The notes under the pieces are model-generated. The model was given only the letters and a program-made list of their open reading frames with translations. It was not told where the DNA came from and made no database searches. 41,868 bases of DNA from Spirochaetae bacterium HGW-Spirochaetae-7 (GTDB taxonomy: Bacteria > Spirochaetota > Spirochaetia > Treponematales > UBA12059), in NCBI GenBank assembly GCA_002839245.1, contig PGXR01000004.1, positions 1 through 41,868 on the forward strand. The letters are read 5' to 3'. Made by a program: the position numbers and the translations under genes. Of the stretch, positions 1-8,970 are shown in pieces. The number at the start of each line of letters is the position of its first letter. Position 1 is the first letter of the stretch.

Positions 1-2402
1 TTCCGGAGCTCCGGCGCGGAGCGGCACGAGCCTACCGGCGATTTGGTGATCCAGTTGTCCACCGGTTCCTTCTTGAGAATGGCCCGCCAGACGTCCTCGG
101 AGCGCATGGGCATGTGCATGAGTTCGGCGCCGGTCGCCTTCTGGATGGCGTTGCCCAGGGCGGGGGCCACCGATATCATCGAATGCTCGCCCACGCCGCG
201 CGCGCCGTACGGTCCGTCTATCTGGGCCGTTTCGACAACGGCGCACTCTACTTCCATGGGCAGGTCCTTGGCCGTCGGTATCTTGTTGTCGGTGAACGAC
301 GGGTTGAGGAGGCGCCCCTGCTGGTCGTAGATGTAGCCCTCGCATATCGCCGTTCCCAGTCCTTGCAGCATGCCGCCTATGGCCTGGCCGCGTACGATGT
401 CAGGGTTGATGGCCCTGCCGACGTCGTAGACGCTGGCCACCTTGAGCACGTGATACTCGCCGGTATCCTCGTTCACCTCTATTATCATGCCGTGCGCGCC
501 GAAGGTCCAGTCGAGGGCCGGGCGTCCCTGGCCGGTCTCCTTGTCGAGGTTGGACAGTCCCTGGGCGATGTAGCGGCCGACGCCGATCAGAGGTCCGCCA
601 ATGCCGTTGCCGTTGGGCATGGCGTAGCCGATGGCCATCGACGCGAAACTGACGGCGGCGTCGGGGTGGTGCCTGACGAATACCCTGTCGCCGTCGTGCC
701 CGAGGTCGCGCACATTGGCGTGCAGGGCTTCGGCGGCTACCGCGTAGGCTTTCACCAGCAGGTCTTCGGCGGCAAGGATGGCCGCGTTGCCCGACAGGAG
801 GAGCCCCTTGGACGCGACGGTTTGCCAGTCGTAGGGGTCGCGGTCGGTGTCGTTCTCGAAGGCCACCTTGATCTTCTCGATGGCGAAGCCGAGCCGTTCG
901 GCGACTATCTGTCTGATGGAAGCGTAGGTTCCCTGGCCGTAGTCGGTCAGCGCGAGGTTGACCAGGACCGAGCCGTCCTCGTTCATCTTGAGTACGACGG
1001 CCGTCGCGGTGAATGGCGGCATTGCGGGGGCCTTCTGGAGAGCGGCCACGCCTTTGCCGATTTTCCAGCCGGTCTTCTTTTCCCGGGCCTTCTCCGCTTC
1101 GGTCAGCTTGCCGTAGCCTATCCTGCGGGCGGCTTCCTCGATGCACTTGACCACGTTTCCGGTGCTAGCGAGTATGGTTTCGCCGGTCAGCGTCTTCGAT
1201 CCGGGCCTGAGCGCGTTCTTGAGCCGGAATTCCAGCGGGTCCATGCCTATGGCGGCCGCGATCAGTTCCATGTGCCGTTCCACGGCCCAGTGGAACTCCA
1301 CGTGGCCGAAACCGCGGTAGGCGGTGCCGTAGGGCTTGTTGGTGTAGACCGTGTAGGCGTCGAGCCACGCGTTGGGAATCTCGTACGGGCCCGAGGCGGA
1401 GTAGCCTGACGCGCGGGTGACGTTGACGGCGTAGTCGGCGTAGGCGCCGGAATCCCAGTACATGGTCATGTGCTGGGCCAGAATCTTGCCGTCCGCCGCC
1501 ACTCCTGTCTTGATGCGGTAGGTAAGCGCCGAGCGGCAGGGCAGTAGGCTGAACTCTTCCTCGCGGCTGGCCTGGAACTTGACCGGCTTGCCGCCCGCCT
1601 TGCGTGAAAGCACCGCGCACAGCGGCTCGACGCCGATGCCGGCCTTGCCGCCGAAGCCGCCGCCGACGTAGGGGATCTGCACCCGCACGTTGATGTGCGG
1701 CAGGCCGAAGGCATGGCAGAAGAGGTTCCGGACGGTGAAGGGCGACTGGGCGCTCGTCCAGATGTTGATCTTGTCGCCTGAACCCCACTGCGCTATGGCG
1801 ACGTGCGTCTCCATGGGTACGTGCTGGACCGACGGGCAGGAGTATTCACGTTCTATGATGAACTCGGATGCCTCGAAGCCCTGCTCCACGTCACCCTTGC
1901 GGAGCTTGGTGTGGTTGGCGATGTTGGTGCCCGGCTTGGGCGTGAATGCCGCGGCCACGTACGAGTAGCTGCCGACCGGCTTGAGGGCGTCCATGTGGTG
2001 GAGGACCGGGGGCAGGGTCTCGTATTCGACCTCTATGGCCTCGACGGCCGCGCGGGCCTGCTCGAGCGTCTCCGCGGCGACCGCGGCTACGGCCTCGCCG
2101 TAGTGGCGCACCTCGCCCTTGGCGAGGATGAACTTGTCGACGATGTACAGGCCGATGTGGTAATCGAGTTCGTCGCCGGTGACGATGGCCCTGACGCCGG
2201 GCATCGCGGCGGCCCTGGCCGTGTCGATGCGCTTGATCCTGGCCCGGGCGTGGGGGCTCTTCTTGAGCTGGGCGTGGAGCATGCCCGGCAGTACCATGTC
2301 GCTGACGAAGGTCGCCTCGCCGGTCAGTTTCTCGACCATGTCGGGCCGGCCGGCTTTCTGCCCGACGTAGGACAGGTCCTCTGTCTTCACTTGATCAAAC
2401 AT
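1..2402 (-). CDS. Xanthine dehydrogenase / aldehyde oxidoreductase family molybdopterin-binding large subunit (3' end runs off the window)
   Basis: Absent from the supplied ORF track because no stop lies in the window. My reverse-complement translation from ATG at 2402-2400 reads MFDQVKTEDLSYVGQKAGRPDMVEKLTGEATFVSDMVLPGMLHAQLKKSPHARARIKRID...IPYVGGGFGGK...TAYRGFGHVEF...GARGVGEHSM...RAILKKEPVDNW and stays open to position 1. The start overlaps the stop of the 2Fe-2S subunit by 8 nt. The CODH-type VAYRCSFR motif is not present. Confidence 0.9.
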   Translation of the reverse strand, partial: MFDQVKTEDLSYVGQKAGRPDMVEKLTGEATFVSDMVLPGMLHAQLKKSPHARARIKRIDTARAAAMPGVRAIVTGDELDYHIGLYIVDKFILAKGEVRHYGEAVAAVAAETLEQARAAVEAIEVEYETLPPVLHHMDALKPVGSYSYVAAAFTPKPGTNIANHTKLRKGDVEQGFEASEFIIEREYSCPSVQHVPMETHVAIAQWGSGDKINIWTSAQSPFTVRNLFCHAFGLPHINVRVQIPYVGGGFGGKAGIGVEPLCAVLSRKAGGKPVKFQASREEEFSLLPCRSALTYRIKTGVAADGKILAQHMTMYWDSGAYADYAVNVTRASGYSASGPYEIPNAWLDAYTVYTNKPYGTAYRGFGHVEFHWAVERHMELIAAAIGMDPLEFRLKNALRPGSKTLTGETILASTGNVVKCIEEAARRIGYGKLTEAEKAREKKTGWKIGKGVAALQKAPAMPPFTATAVVLKMNEDGSVLVNLALTDYGQGTYASIRQIVAERLGFAIEKIKVAFENDTDRDPYDWQTVASKGLLLSGNAAILAAEDLLVKAYAVAAEALHANVRDLGHDGDRVFVRHHPDAAVSFASMAIGYAMPNGNGIGGPLIGVGRYIAQGLSNLDKETGQGRPALDWTFGAHGMIIEVNEDTGEYHVLKVASVYDVGRAINPDIVRGQAIGGMLQGLGTAICEGYIYDQQGRLLNPSFTDNKIPTAKDLPMEVECAVVETAQIDGPYGARGVGEHSMISVAPALGNAIQKATGAELMHMPMRSEDVWRAILKKEPVDNWITKSPVGSCRSAPELR

Positions 2403-2880
2403 GTTCAAGCTCCCCCTTCGCCCCGGGGCGGCCCGTCAGGTCCATGACGGCTTCGATGATCTGGGTGTAGCCGGTACAGCGGCAGAAATTGCCTTCGATG
2501 GCGTCCTTGACCTCCTCGACGCTCGGTTGCTTGTTGCCGGCGAGCAGTTCCTTGACAGACATCACCATGCCCGGGGTGCAGAAGCCGCACTGCACGGCGT
2601 GGTTGGCCTCGAAGGCCTTCTGGATGTCCGAGAGCGACGGGCCCGTGGACTCGCCCTCGATGGTATTGATGACGGCGCCGTCGACCTCGGCCGCGAGCAC
2701 CATGCACGAATTGACGGCGTGCCCGTTCAGGATGACGGTGCAGGCGCCGCATTCTCCCATGCCGCAGCCCTCTTTTGTGCCGGTAAGGCCGAGGTCCTCG
2801 CGCAGGAACCTGAGCAGGGTCGTATGCTCCGCGGTTTCGTGCTCGTAGACCAGGCCGTTGACTGTCAGTTTGATCTTCAT
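2395..2880 (-). CDS. [2Fe-2S]-binding small subunit of the XDH/CoxS family
   Basis: 161-aa ORF. Two Fe-S cysteine clusters are present: CGMGECGACTV and CGFCTPG...CRCTGY. It abuts the FAD subunit stop (TAA at 2881-2883). Confidence 0.92.
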   Translation of the reverse strand: MKIKLTVNGLVYEHETAEHTTLLRFLREDLGLTGTKEGCGMGECGACTVILNGHAVNSCMVLAAEVDGAVINTIEGESTGPSLSDIQKAFEANHAVQCGFCTPGMVMSVKELLAGNKQPSVEEVKDAIEGNFCRCTGYTQIIEAVMDLTGRPGAKGELEHV

Positions 2881-3693
2881 TTACTTGACCTCCGCGAGGA
2901 GGCGCCGGACGTAGACGCCAATCATGTGTTCCCTGTATTCCTTGGTGCCGCGGACGTCGCTTATAGGTGAGACTGCGGCGAGCACCTTGCTGGCCGCCTC
3001 GTCGGGTGAATCCTTGAGGGTCACCGATTCGACAAGCACCGGCGTCGGGGCCGCCGAGCTGACGGCGAAGCGCAGCGCGCCGCCGGCCCGGGTCATCAGC
3101 ACGCCGACGATGCCCAGGTCGTGGCCGGCTATGCGCTTCAGCTTGAGGTACCGGCCGGTCGCCCCCGCTGCCGAGGCCGGAACGATTATCCGTTCCAGGA
3201 ACTCTCCCGGTGAAAGGACCGTCTTCTTGACTCCCGCGAAAAATTTCGCGAAAGGCACGACGCGCTCCCCCGAGGCCGACCTGAGGACGGCCGAGGCTCC
3301 GAGGCACAGCAGGGCCGGCGCCATGTCGGAACAGGGAGACGCGTTGACGACGTTGCCGGCTACGGTCGCGCGGTTGCGAATCTGGTGGCTGGCGAGCTCG
3401 TGGGCGCATTCGCAGAGGACCGGGAAGCGTTCCCTCGCGTCCCTGGACCGCAGGATGTCGTTGATGGTGACGGCCGGCCCCATCGTCAGCCCGTCCGAGC
3501 CGAAAGCCAGTTTGTCGGCGCCGGCGTACTTCTTTATGTCGATTACGAGGCGGGGTTTCTGGAGGCCGTTCCGGATGTTCGGGATCAGGTCGGTGCCGCC
3601 GGCGAGTATCTTGCCGTCGGCCTTGTTGCCGTCCAGGATGGCGACAAGCTCGCTTGCCGTTTTCGGGGCAAGGTAGCGGAACTCATATATCAT
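2881..3693 (-). CDS. FAD-binding medium subunit of the XDH/CoxM family
   Basis: I trimmed the track ORF (2881..3813) to the internal ATG at 3693. MIYEFRYLAPKTASELVAIL...GGTDLIP is a typical CoxM-type N-terminus. GAAAGG lies about 9 nt upstream of this ATG. Confidence 0.85.
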   Translation of the reverse strand: MIYEFRYLAPKTASELVAILDGNKADGKILAGGTDLIPNIRNGLQKPRLVIDIKKYAGADKLAFGSDGLTMGPAVTINDILRSRDARERFPVLCECAHELASHQIRNRATVAGNVVNASPCSDMAPALLCLGASAVLRSASGERVVPFAKFFAGVKKTVLSPGEFLERIIVPASAAGATGRYLKLKRIAGHDLGIVGVLMTRAGGALRFAVSSAAPTPVLVESVTLKDSPDEAASKVLAAVSPISDVRGTKEYREHMIGVYVRRLLAEVK

Positions 3694-3720
3694 CTGAAGC
3701 TGCCTTTCGTGGTTTCCGCA

Positions 3721-3753
3721 GAAAAGTAAAAACCCGGGTCGTTTGAACCGGGT
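3721..3753 (-). promoter_or_regulatory. Terminator-like hairpin plus U-run inside the 5' leader of the xdh-like operon (possible attenuator)
   Basis: A 6-bp stem ACCCGG/CCGGGT (3732-3737 with 3748-3753) has a 10-nt loop. On the minus strand it is followed by TTTTTACTTTT and lies about 30 nt upstream of the ATG at 3693. Confidence 0.3.
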
Positions 3754-3783
3754 GTTTTGATTTGAAGACGCATAATCCATCAT

Positions 3784-3813
3784 GATTAAGACACGGTTTA
3801 GCCTTGGTGTCAA
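3784..3813 (-). promoter_or_regulatory. Putative sigma-70 promoter for the xdh-like operon
   Basis: On the minus strand: TTGACA (3813..3808), an 18-nt spacer, then TTAATC (3789..3784). Confidence 0.35.
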
Positions 3814-3889
3814 GAATTACTCTGTGTTTCAGTCATGAACAGCCGTCGAGCTTGCTGGCTCCGGCGTTTCGTGCGAGAATCGACCTACG

Positions 3890-4831
3890 ATGGTTTCCTT
3901 CCCCATAGATACCGATGGCGGCCCGCAGGTCGTCCTTGAATTGATATACCGGCTCAAGGTGAAGGACGTGATGAAGGCCGACGTCGTGACCGCCCCGCCG
4001 GGGGCGTCCCTCCGCGATGTCCAGGCTCTGATGCGGGATCGCCGCATCACGGGCATTCCCATCGTCGAGGGGAACCGGCTGGTCGGCATCGTGTCGATCG
4101 GGGACATCATCGAGGCTCTCGACGGCGGCTGGATACACGAGGCGGCCTCCTCGAGGATGAGCAGTTCCCTCATCGTCCTGGAAGAGGACATGCCGCTGTC
4201 GTTCGCCATCACCTACTTCAACCGCTACGGATTCCGCCGCTTCCCGGTGCTGGGCAAGGATACCTCCCTGACCGGCATTGTGACCGCCGCTGACGTGCTC
4301 AGGTCCCTGCTCATCGAGATGAACCGCGAAGTCGGGCGCCTCGAGGAAGGTCTCGCCAAGCGCCGGGCGGCGGGCTCCCAGGGCGCAGGAAAGGATTCTG
4401 CCGCCAAGGCGATGCTCAGCTTCACTACCCGCCGCTTCGATTTCGAGAACGCGGGCAAGGCCTCGGCGGAGCTCAAGAAAGCGCTCAAGGCGCTCGGCGC
4501 GGACTCCGCATCGATACGCCGCGCCGCCATCGTCAGCTATGAACTGGAGATGAACCAGGTGATCCATTCGGAAGGCGGTACCATGGAGTTCACGGCAGCC
4601 GACGGCCAGGCGGCCATCATTGCCAAGGATTCCGGTCCGGGCATAGAAGACGTGGAAGCCGCGCTGACCGAGGGATTCTCGACCGCGAACGACTGGATCC
4701 GTTCCCTGGGCTTCGGCGCCGGGCTCGGACTTCCCAACGCCAGGCGGTCTTCCGACGAGTTCGAGATTACTTCGAGGGTAGGCGTCGGCACCACCGTCCG
4801 CGCCCTCGTTCGATACCAGGAGCAACAATGA
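3890..4831 (+). CDS. CBS-pair domain protein fused to a histidine-kinase-like ATPase (anti-sigma / serine-kinase-like) domain
   Basis: The 313-aa ORF carries two CBS-like segments (VKDVMKADVVTAPPGASLRDV...GIPIV and FRRFPVLGKDTSLTGIVTAADVL). Its C-terminus (DSGPGIED...GFGAGLGLPN) resembles the G-boxes of the HATPase_c fold. An alternative start at ATG 3971 has a better RBS, but it would clip the first CBS motif. Confidence 0.75.
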   Translation: MVSFPIDTDGGPQVVLELIYRLKVKDVMKADVVTAPPGASLRDVQALMRDRRITGIPIVEGNRLVGIVSIGDIIEALDGGWIHEAASSRMSSSLIVLEEDMPLSFAITYFNRYGFRRFPVLGKDTSLTGIVTAADVLRSLLIEMNREVGRLEEGLAKRRAAGSQGAGKDSAAKAMLSFTTRRFDFENAGKASAELKKALKALGADSASIRRAAIVSYELEMNQVIHSEGGTMEFTAADGQAAIIAKDSGPGIEDVEAALTEGFSTANDWIRSLGFGAGLGLPNARRSSDEFEITSRVGVGTTVRALVRYQEQQ

Positions 4832-5160
4832 AGGTTTCCGATCTCTCTTCGCGTTTCGGCTTCGAAGCCGTCTTCGTGCCTCCCCTCGATGCCGCGATCG
4901 TCAATGCCTATACTTCCGACCTGCTGTCCGACGTGATGGGCAAGGCGGCCGAAGGCTCGGCCCTGGTTACCGTGCAGGCGCACAAGAATACCGTGGCGGT
5001 CGCCTCGCTCGTCGGCATTCGCGCGGTCGTCATCTGCAACGAACGGACCGTGCCCGACGACATGGTCGAGGCGGCAAAGGCGGAGGACGTCGCTATTTTC
5101 AGGACGCCTCGGACCCAGTTCGAGGTTTCCGGGCTCCTGTACGCGGAGCTCCACGGCTAG
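4828..5160 (+). CDS. DRTGG domain protein
   Basis: 110-aa ORF. It shares an ATGA start/stop overlap with the upstream gene. The sequence ...AYTSDLLSDVMGKA...LVTVQAHKNTVAVASLVG...VICNERTVPDDMVEAA is typical of small DRTGG proteins. Confidence 0.7.
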   Translation: MKVSDLSSRFGFEAVFVPPLDAAIVNAYTSDLLSDVMGKAAEGSALVTVQAHKNTVAVASLVGIRAVVICNERTVPDDMVEAAKAEDVAIFRTPRTQFEVSGLLYAELHG

Positions 5161-5179
5161 GGCAAAGCCGGGGACCCCG

Positions 5180-5914
5180 ATGTTCGTCGCCTGCGATTTC
5201 CACAATCACTCGTGCCTCTCCCCCTGCGGCAGCCTGGAGCAATCGCCGGCGGTACTCGCCCGGCTGGCCCGGGAGAGGGGGCTGGAACTCGTCGCGCTGA
5301 CCGACCACAACAGCGCGCTGAACGCGCCCGCCTTCGCCGCCTGCGCCGCCAGGGAAGGCTTGTCGGCTCTGTTCGGCATGGAAGCGACGAGCGCCGAGGA
5401 GGTGCACGTGCTGTGCCTGTTCGCAGATCTCGACGCGGCGCTCGATTTTGGCGGGCATATCGCGTCGCTCCTGCCGCGCCTTCCGTACGATCCCGGGCTG
5501 CTCGGGGACCAAGCTGTGGTAGACGCCGACGAGAACGTTCTCGACCTGCCGGACACCTGGTTCTGCGCCGCCCTCGAGCTGGGCTACAACGAACTGTGCG
5601 CCGACGCGGCTGCCCGCGGGGCGCTGGTCATCCCGGCCCATATCGACAGGCCGATGTTCGGGGCCATATCCCAACTCGGCTTCCTGCCCGAGGGGCCGTA
5701 CTCGGCGGTAGAGGTCGTCCATCAGCTGCCCGCGGGTGTCTCCCTGGGCTACACCGTCATTACGGGCTCCGATGCCCATTATCCTGAGCACATTGGCAGG
5801 AGGCCGTTCGGTCTCGACCTGCCAGCCGGATGGAACTCGGGAGGCAAGGTCGACCTCGAGGCCGTGCGCGAAGCCCTGGCCGCGGGACTCGTCCGCCTCC
5901 CGTTCGCCCCGTGA
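5180..5914 (+). CDS. PHP-family (polymerase/histidinol-phosphatase-like) metal-dependent phosphoesterase
   Basis: 244-aa ORF. Motifs: CDFHNHS at the N-terminus, LTDHNS, IPAHIDRP and TGSDAHYPEHIG. Confidence 0.8.
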   Translation: MFVACDFHNHSCLSPCGSLEQSPAVLARLARERGLELVALTDHNSALNAPAFAACAAREGLSALFGMEATSAEEVHVLCLFADLDAALDFGGHIASLLPRLPYDPGLLGDQAVVDADENVLDLPDTWFCAALELGYNELCADAAARGALVIPAHIDRPMFGAISQLGFLPEGPYSAVEVVHQLPAGVSLGYTVITGSDAHYPEHIGRRPFGLDLPAGWNSGGKVDLEAVREALAAGLVRLPFAP

Positions 5915-8900
5915 TTCATGGCGTGCTGTTGCTGGCCCTGGCCAGCCTCCTATCGGCTGCGCCGCTGCAGGCCGATGTGGTGGAGATGCCGCCGGATTGG
6001 CTGGACGAGACTGTCGTGCTGTCAGCGGCGGAAAGCAGGTTTTCGGTGGCGGAGCGCCTGCGTGTGCACGTGGAGAGGCCGCAAGGAGCTGCCGCCTCGG
6101 CCTTCGGGGCGATTCCTGACAGGCGCTTGTTCTCCAGGCTTCCCGTTGGGGACGGTGAAGGCGTCGGAGAAGCGCTCGGCATGGCGCCGTTCTCTTCCGC
6201 GGCAGTCTGGATAGCGTTCACCGTGATGAATACGACAGAAGACGCGGCCTGGGCCCTTTCGGCCCACGGAGAGGGATTCAGGCCGACGGCGATGGTCATC
6301 GCGACCGGGGATGGCAGCCGCGAGCAGTTCAGCGGGGTTGCCCTCGCGAAGCTGCGCCACAAAGCCGGATTCATCGGCCTTGTCGCGTACCAGGTACGCC
6401 TACCCGCCGGGGGTCAGTCGACTGTCTACCTTCGATTCGATGCCGGTACGCCGCTCGGTCCGGATTTGAGCCTGTGGAACATCGCGGCATTCCTTGATTA
6501 TGTGGAGATGCTCGCCGGCTTCGCTGGCGCCCTCATCGGGTTGGCTGTCCTCGTCTTCACCGTCTACGTATTCCAGGTCGCGCGGCACGGCCAGGACGGA
6601 GGGTCGATCTCGTTACGGTATGCGTACGCGACGCTGGCCCTCTGTTCCATCGCGCTCGGGCATCGGGGCGGCGGGTACCCCGCCATGCTTGCCGGAACCG
6701 CCGCCCTGGCGGTGGAGGCGATTTCAGCCATCGCTCCATTGGCCGGCCGAGGCTACCGGGCTTCGACGGTCTACCGTCATGTCGTGCCCAGGCTGGCGTT
6801 TGCCTCGGCGCTGGGCATCGCGCTCGGCCTCGCCCCTTCGGCGAAAAACCTGTCCCATTCTCCGTTCTCGTTGCTCGCGTGGTTGGTGCTGCCCGTCGGC
6901 ATGCTCGCGCAGCTCGCGCTTCTTGTCGCTATCGAGGCTGTCGCGTACACCCGCAGGGCGAAGGCCGGTACGGAAGAGGCGGACAGGCTGACGACCAGGC
7001 TCGAAGCCGAGATACGAGGCGGAGCCGATTTCATGACGGCCACGGCGGCTGCGCTGCGCGGTCCGCTGTACGGTCTCCTGGGCATACTCGAGGATCTGGA
7101 CGCCGTCGCCTCCGACCTGCCTTCGATACCCAAAGCCGCGGCGTCCGATCTTGCACTGGCCCGCGCCGAGGCCGCCAGGCTCGACAACCTCGTCTCGAAC
7201 ATCCTCAGTTACTCGGGAGTGGGGCTGTCGCGTCTGACCGTCGAGGATATCGATCTGTCATCGCTGGCAAGGGCGGCGGGAGGCTTGCTGCGCGTGGCGG
7301 TAGCGGGTCGGGGCATTCATATAGAAGTCGAAGCGCCAATCATCGAGATGCGGAGCGACCTCGGCCTCGTCCACCGACTACTGTATACCGCGATGAACCA
7401 TGCAGCCAGGGCCGACGGCGCGACTCGCGTCCAGTTGACGGCTTCTTCCGACGATACGAGCGCCAGGATCCTGATCGCGGGCGACGGCCTCGACCTCCAG
7501 CAACCCGTTCCCGGGCACACTCCCGTCCTGGACATGGACCTGACCGTCCTGTCCAGGCTCACGAGCATGCTTGGCGGCACTTTCTCCAGTCAATCCATCG
7601 ATGACCAGACTATCCTGTCCTTCAGGTTGCCCCGCTACATAGACCCGCCGGACCAGGCGCGCGATGGCGCGGGCCAGGGATCGACGCTGCCACTCGCGCA
7701 GCTGTCGCGGCCTCTCGTCGACGAGGGGGATTTCCGGGCCAGCGGCGACAGGGGCCTGGCGGCCGGCAGGGTCCTCGTCGTCGGCAACGAGCCGGTGGCG
7801 CTCCTGGCCATCAAGCGCCGGCTCGAGTCATCGTCATGGAGCGTCGAGGTTACCGTTTCCGCCGTCGACGCCCTCTCAAGGGCCCTTGGCCCGGATCCGT
7901 TCGACATCGTCATCATCGACTCCGCGATGCCCGAAATGAGCGGCTTCGCCTTCTGCGAAGCGGTACGCGAGACCCGTGGGCCGGAGGCGGTGCCCATAAT
8001 CCTCCTCGTCGAAGCCGGACGTGCCGATGAGATAGAGCATGCTTTCAGGTGCGGAGCGAACGACTACATAGCCAGGCCCGCTTCCGGAGTGGAGCTGGAA
8101 GCGAGGGTGAAGACCCATGTCGACCTCGCCTCCAGCGTCAGGCGGGAACTCGAGCAGGCAGCCAGGATGGCCGAGTTCGATAAGTACCGCACCCTCGCGT
8201 TGCTGTCGGCCGGGGTAGCCCACGAGATCAACACGCCGAACAACGCTGTCCTCCGCAACGTGCCTATACTCAAGGAAATCTGGTCGTCGCTTGACGTGGT
8301 CGTCGAGAGGCTGCATCGCGAGGAGAGCGGATTCAGTTTGAGGGGTTTCGGCTACGACGACCTGAAGCGAGATATTCCGGACATGCTCAACGACCTGTAC
8401 ATGGGAGCCCAGGACATCAAGAAGATAGTAGAGGGACTCAAGGATTACGCCAGGGCGCCTTCCGACGCCGCCGCGCCGTCTCCTGTCGACGTCAACGAAT
8501 CGGTGCGCTACGCGGTCAGGCTCCTCAAGCACACCATCGCTGTGTCGACCGAGCGCTTCGAGACTGTTCTTCCGGACGGCTTGCCGCCGGTCAGGGCGGA
8601 CCGGCTCAAGCTCACGCAGGTCGTCGTCAACGTGATCGAGAACGCGTTGCAGGCCTTGCCGGACAAGAGCCGGGGAGTCAGGATCGAGACGGCGGCTTTC
8701 GAAGCGCCAGGCGGCATCGCTTCGGTGCTTGTGCGGGTCGTGGACGAAGGCACCGGCATGACGCCGGAGACCCTCGCGTCGGTATTTCATCCGTTCTTCA
8801 CGACCAAGCGCGACCGGGGCGGCAGCGGCCTGGGGCTGGCCGTGGCTTCGGGGATAGTCCACGACATGGCCGGGTCGATAGACTTCAGCTCGGTTCCGGG

Positions 8901-8970
8901 AACGGGAACCGAGGCGACGATACTGATACCGGCCGCCGGCCGTACCGGAGGGAGCGACGATGGACGATAA
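5911..8970 (+). CDS. 7TM-receptor hybrid sensor histidine kinase: periplasmic domain, 7TM, His-less HK-like module, atypical receiver, functional HisKA+HATPase
   Basis: The track ORF starts at 5830. I prefer GTG at 5911, which forms a GTGA overlap with the PHP stop and yields the signal peptide VIHGVLLLALASLLSAAPLQA. The second H-box is GVAHEINTPNNAV, and the ATPase boxes are VIENALQA and DEGTGM...GGSGLGLAV. Confidence 0.85.
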   Translation: MIHGVLLLALASLLSAAPLQADVVEMPPDWLDETVVLSAAESRFSVAERLRVHVERPQGAAASAFGAIPDRRLFSRLPVGDGEGVGEALGMAPFSSAAVWIAFTVMNTTEDAAWALSAHGEGFRPTAMVIATGDGSREQFSGVALAKLRHKAGFIGLVAYQVRLPAGGQSTVYLRFDAGTPLGPDLSLWNIAAFLDYVEMLAGFAGALIGLAVLVFTVYVFQVARHGQDGGSISLRYAYATLALCSIALGHRGGGYPAMLAGTAALAVEAISAIAPLAGRGYRASTVYRHVVPRLAFASALGIALGLAPSAKNLSHSPFSLLAWLVLPVGMLAQLALLVAIEAVAYTRRAKAGTEEADRLTTRLEAEIRGGADFMTATAAALRGPLYGLLGILEDLDAVASDLPSIPKAAASDLALARAEAARLDNLVSNILSYSGVGLSRLTVEDIDLSSLARAAGGLLRVAVAGRGIHIEVEAPIIEMRSDLGLVHRLLYTAMNHAARADGATRVQLTASSDDTSARILIAGDGLDLQQPVPGHTPVLDMDLTVLSRLTSMLGGTFSSQSIDDQTILSFRLPRYIDPPDQARDGAGQGSTLPLAQLSRPLVDEGDFRASGDRGLAAGRVLVVGNEPVALLAIKRRLESSSWSVEVTVSAVDALSRALGPDPFDIVIIDSAMPEMSGFAFCEAVRETRGPEAVPIILLVEAGRADEIEHAFRCGANDYIARPASGVELEARVKTHVDLASSVRRELEQAARMAEFDKYRTLALLSAGVAHEINTPNNAVLRNVPILKEIWSSLDVVVERLHREESGFSLRGFGYDDLKRDIPDMLNDLYMGAQDIKKIVEGLKDYARAPSDAAAPSPVDVNESVRYAVRLLKHTIAVSTERFETVLPDGLPPVRADRLKLTQVVVNVIENALQALPDKSRGVRIETAAFEAPGGIASVLVRVVDEGTGMTPETLASVFHPFFTTKRDRGGSGLGLAVASGIVHDMAGSIDFSSVPGTGTEATILIPAAGRTGGSDDGR

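Noticed and set aside
114-1409. 431-aa plus-strand ORF, together with the minus-strand ORFs 400..1146 and 1165..1788
   Set aside because: These are antisense or off-frame to the clearly homologous XDH-family large subunit, which is read in the third minus frame. They are Arg/Gly/Ala/Val-rich with no motifs, a typical high-GC shadow pattern.
2405-3409. 334-aa Arg-rich minus-strand ORF, plus the plus-strand ORFs 2401..2970 and 2924..3676
   Set aside because: They overlap the well-supported 2Fe-2S and FAD subunit genes in other frames. Their composition is low-complexity (R/P/G).
3833-4828. 331-aa minus-strand ORF opposite the CBS-HATPase gene
   Set aside because: It is antisense to a gene with recognisable CBS and ATPase motifs. 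It has no motifs of its own.
5830-5910. N-terminal 27 codons of the track ORF for the hybrid kinase (MELGRQGRPRGRARSPG...)
   Set aside because: This Arg/Pro-rich extension lies entirely inside the PHP gene. GTG 5911 gives a GTGA coupling overlap and an immediate signal peptide.
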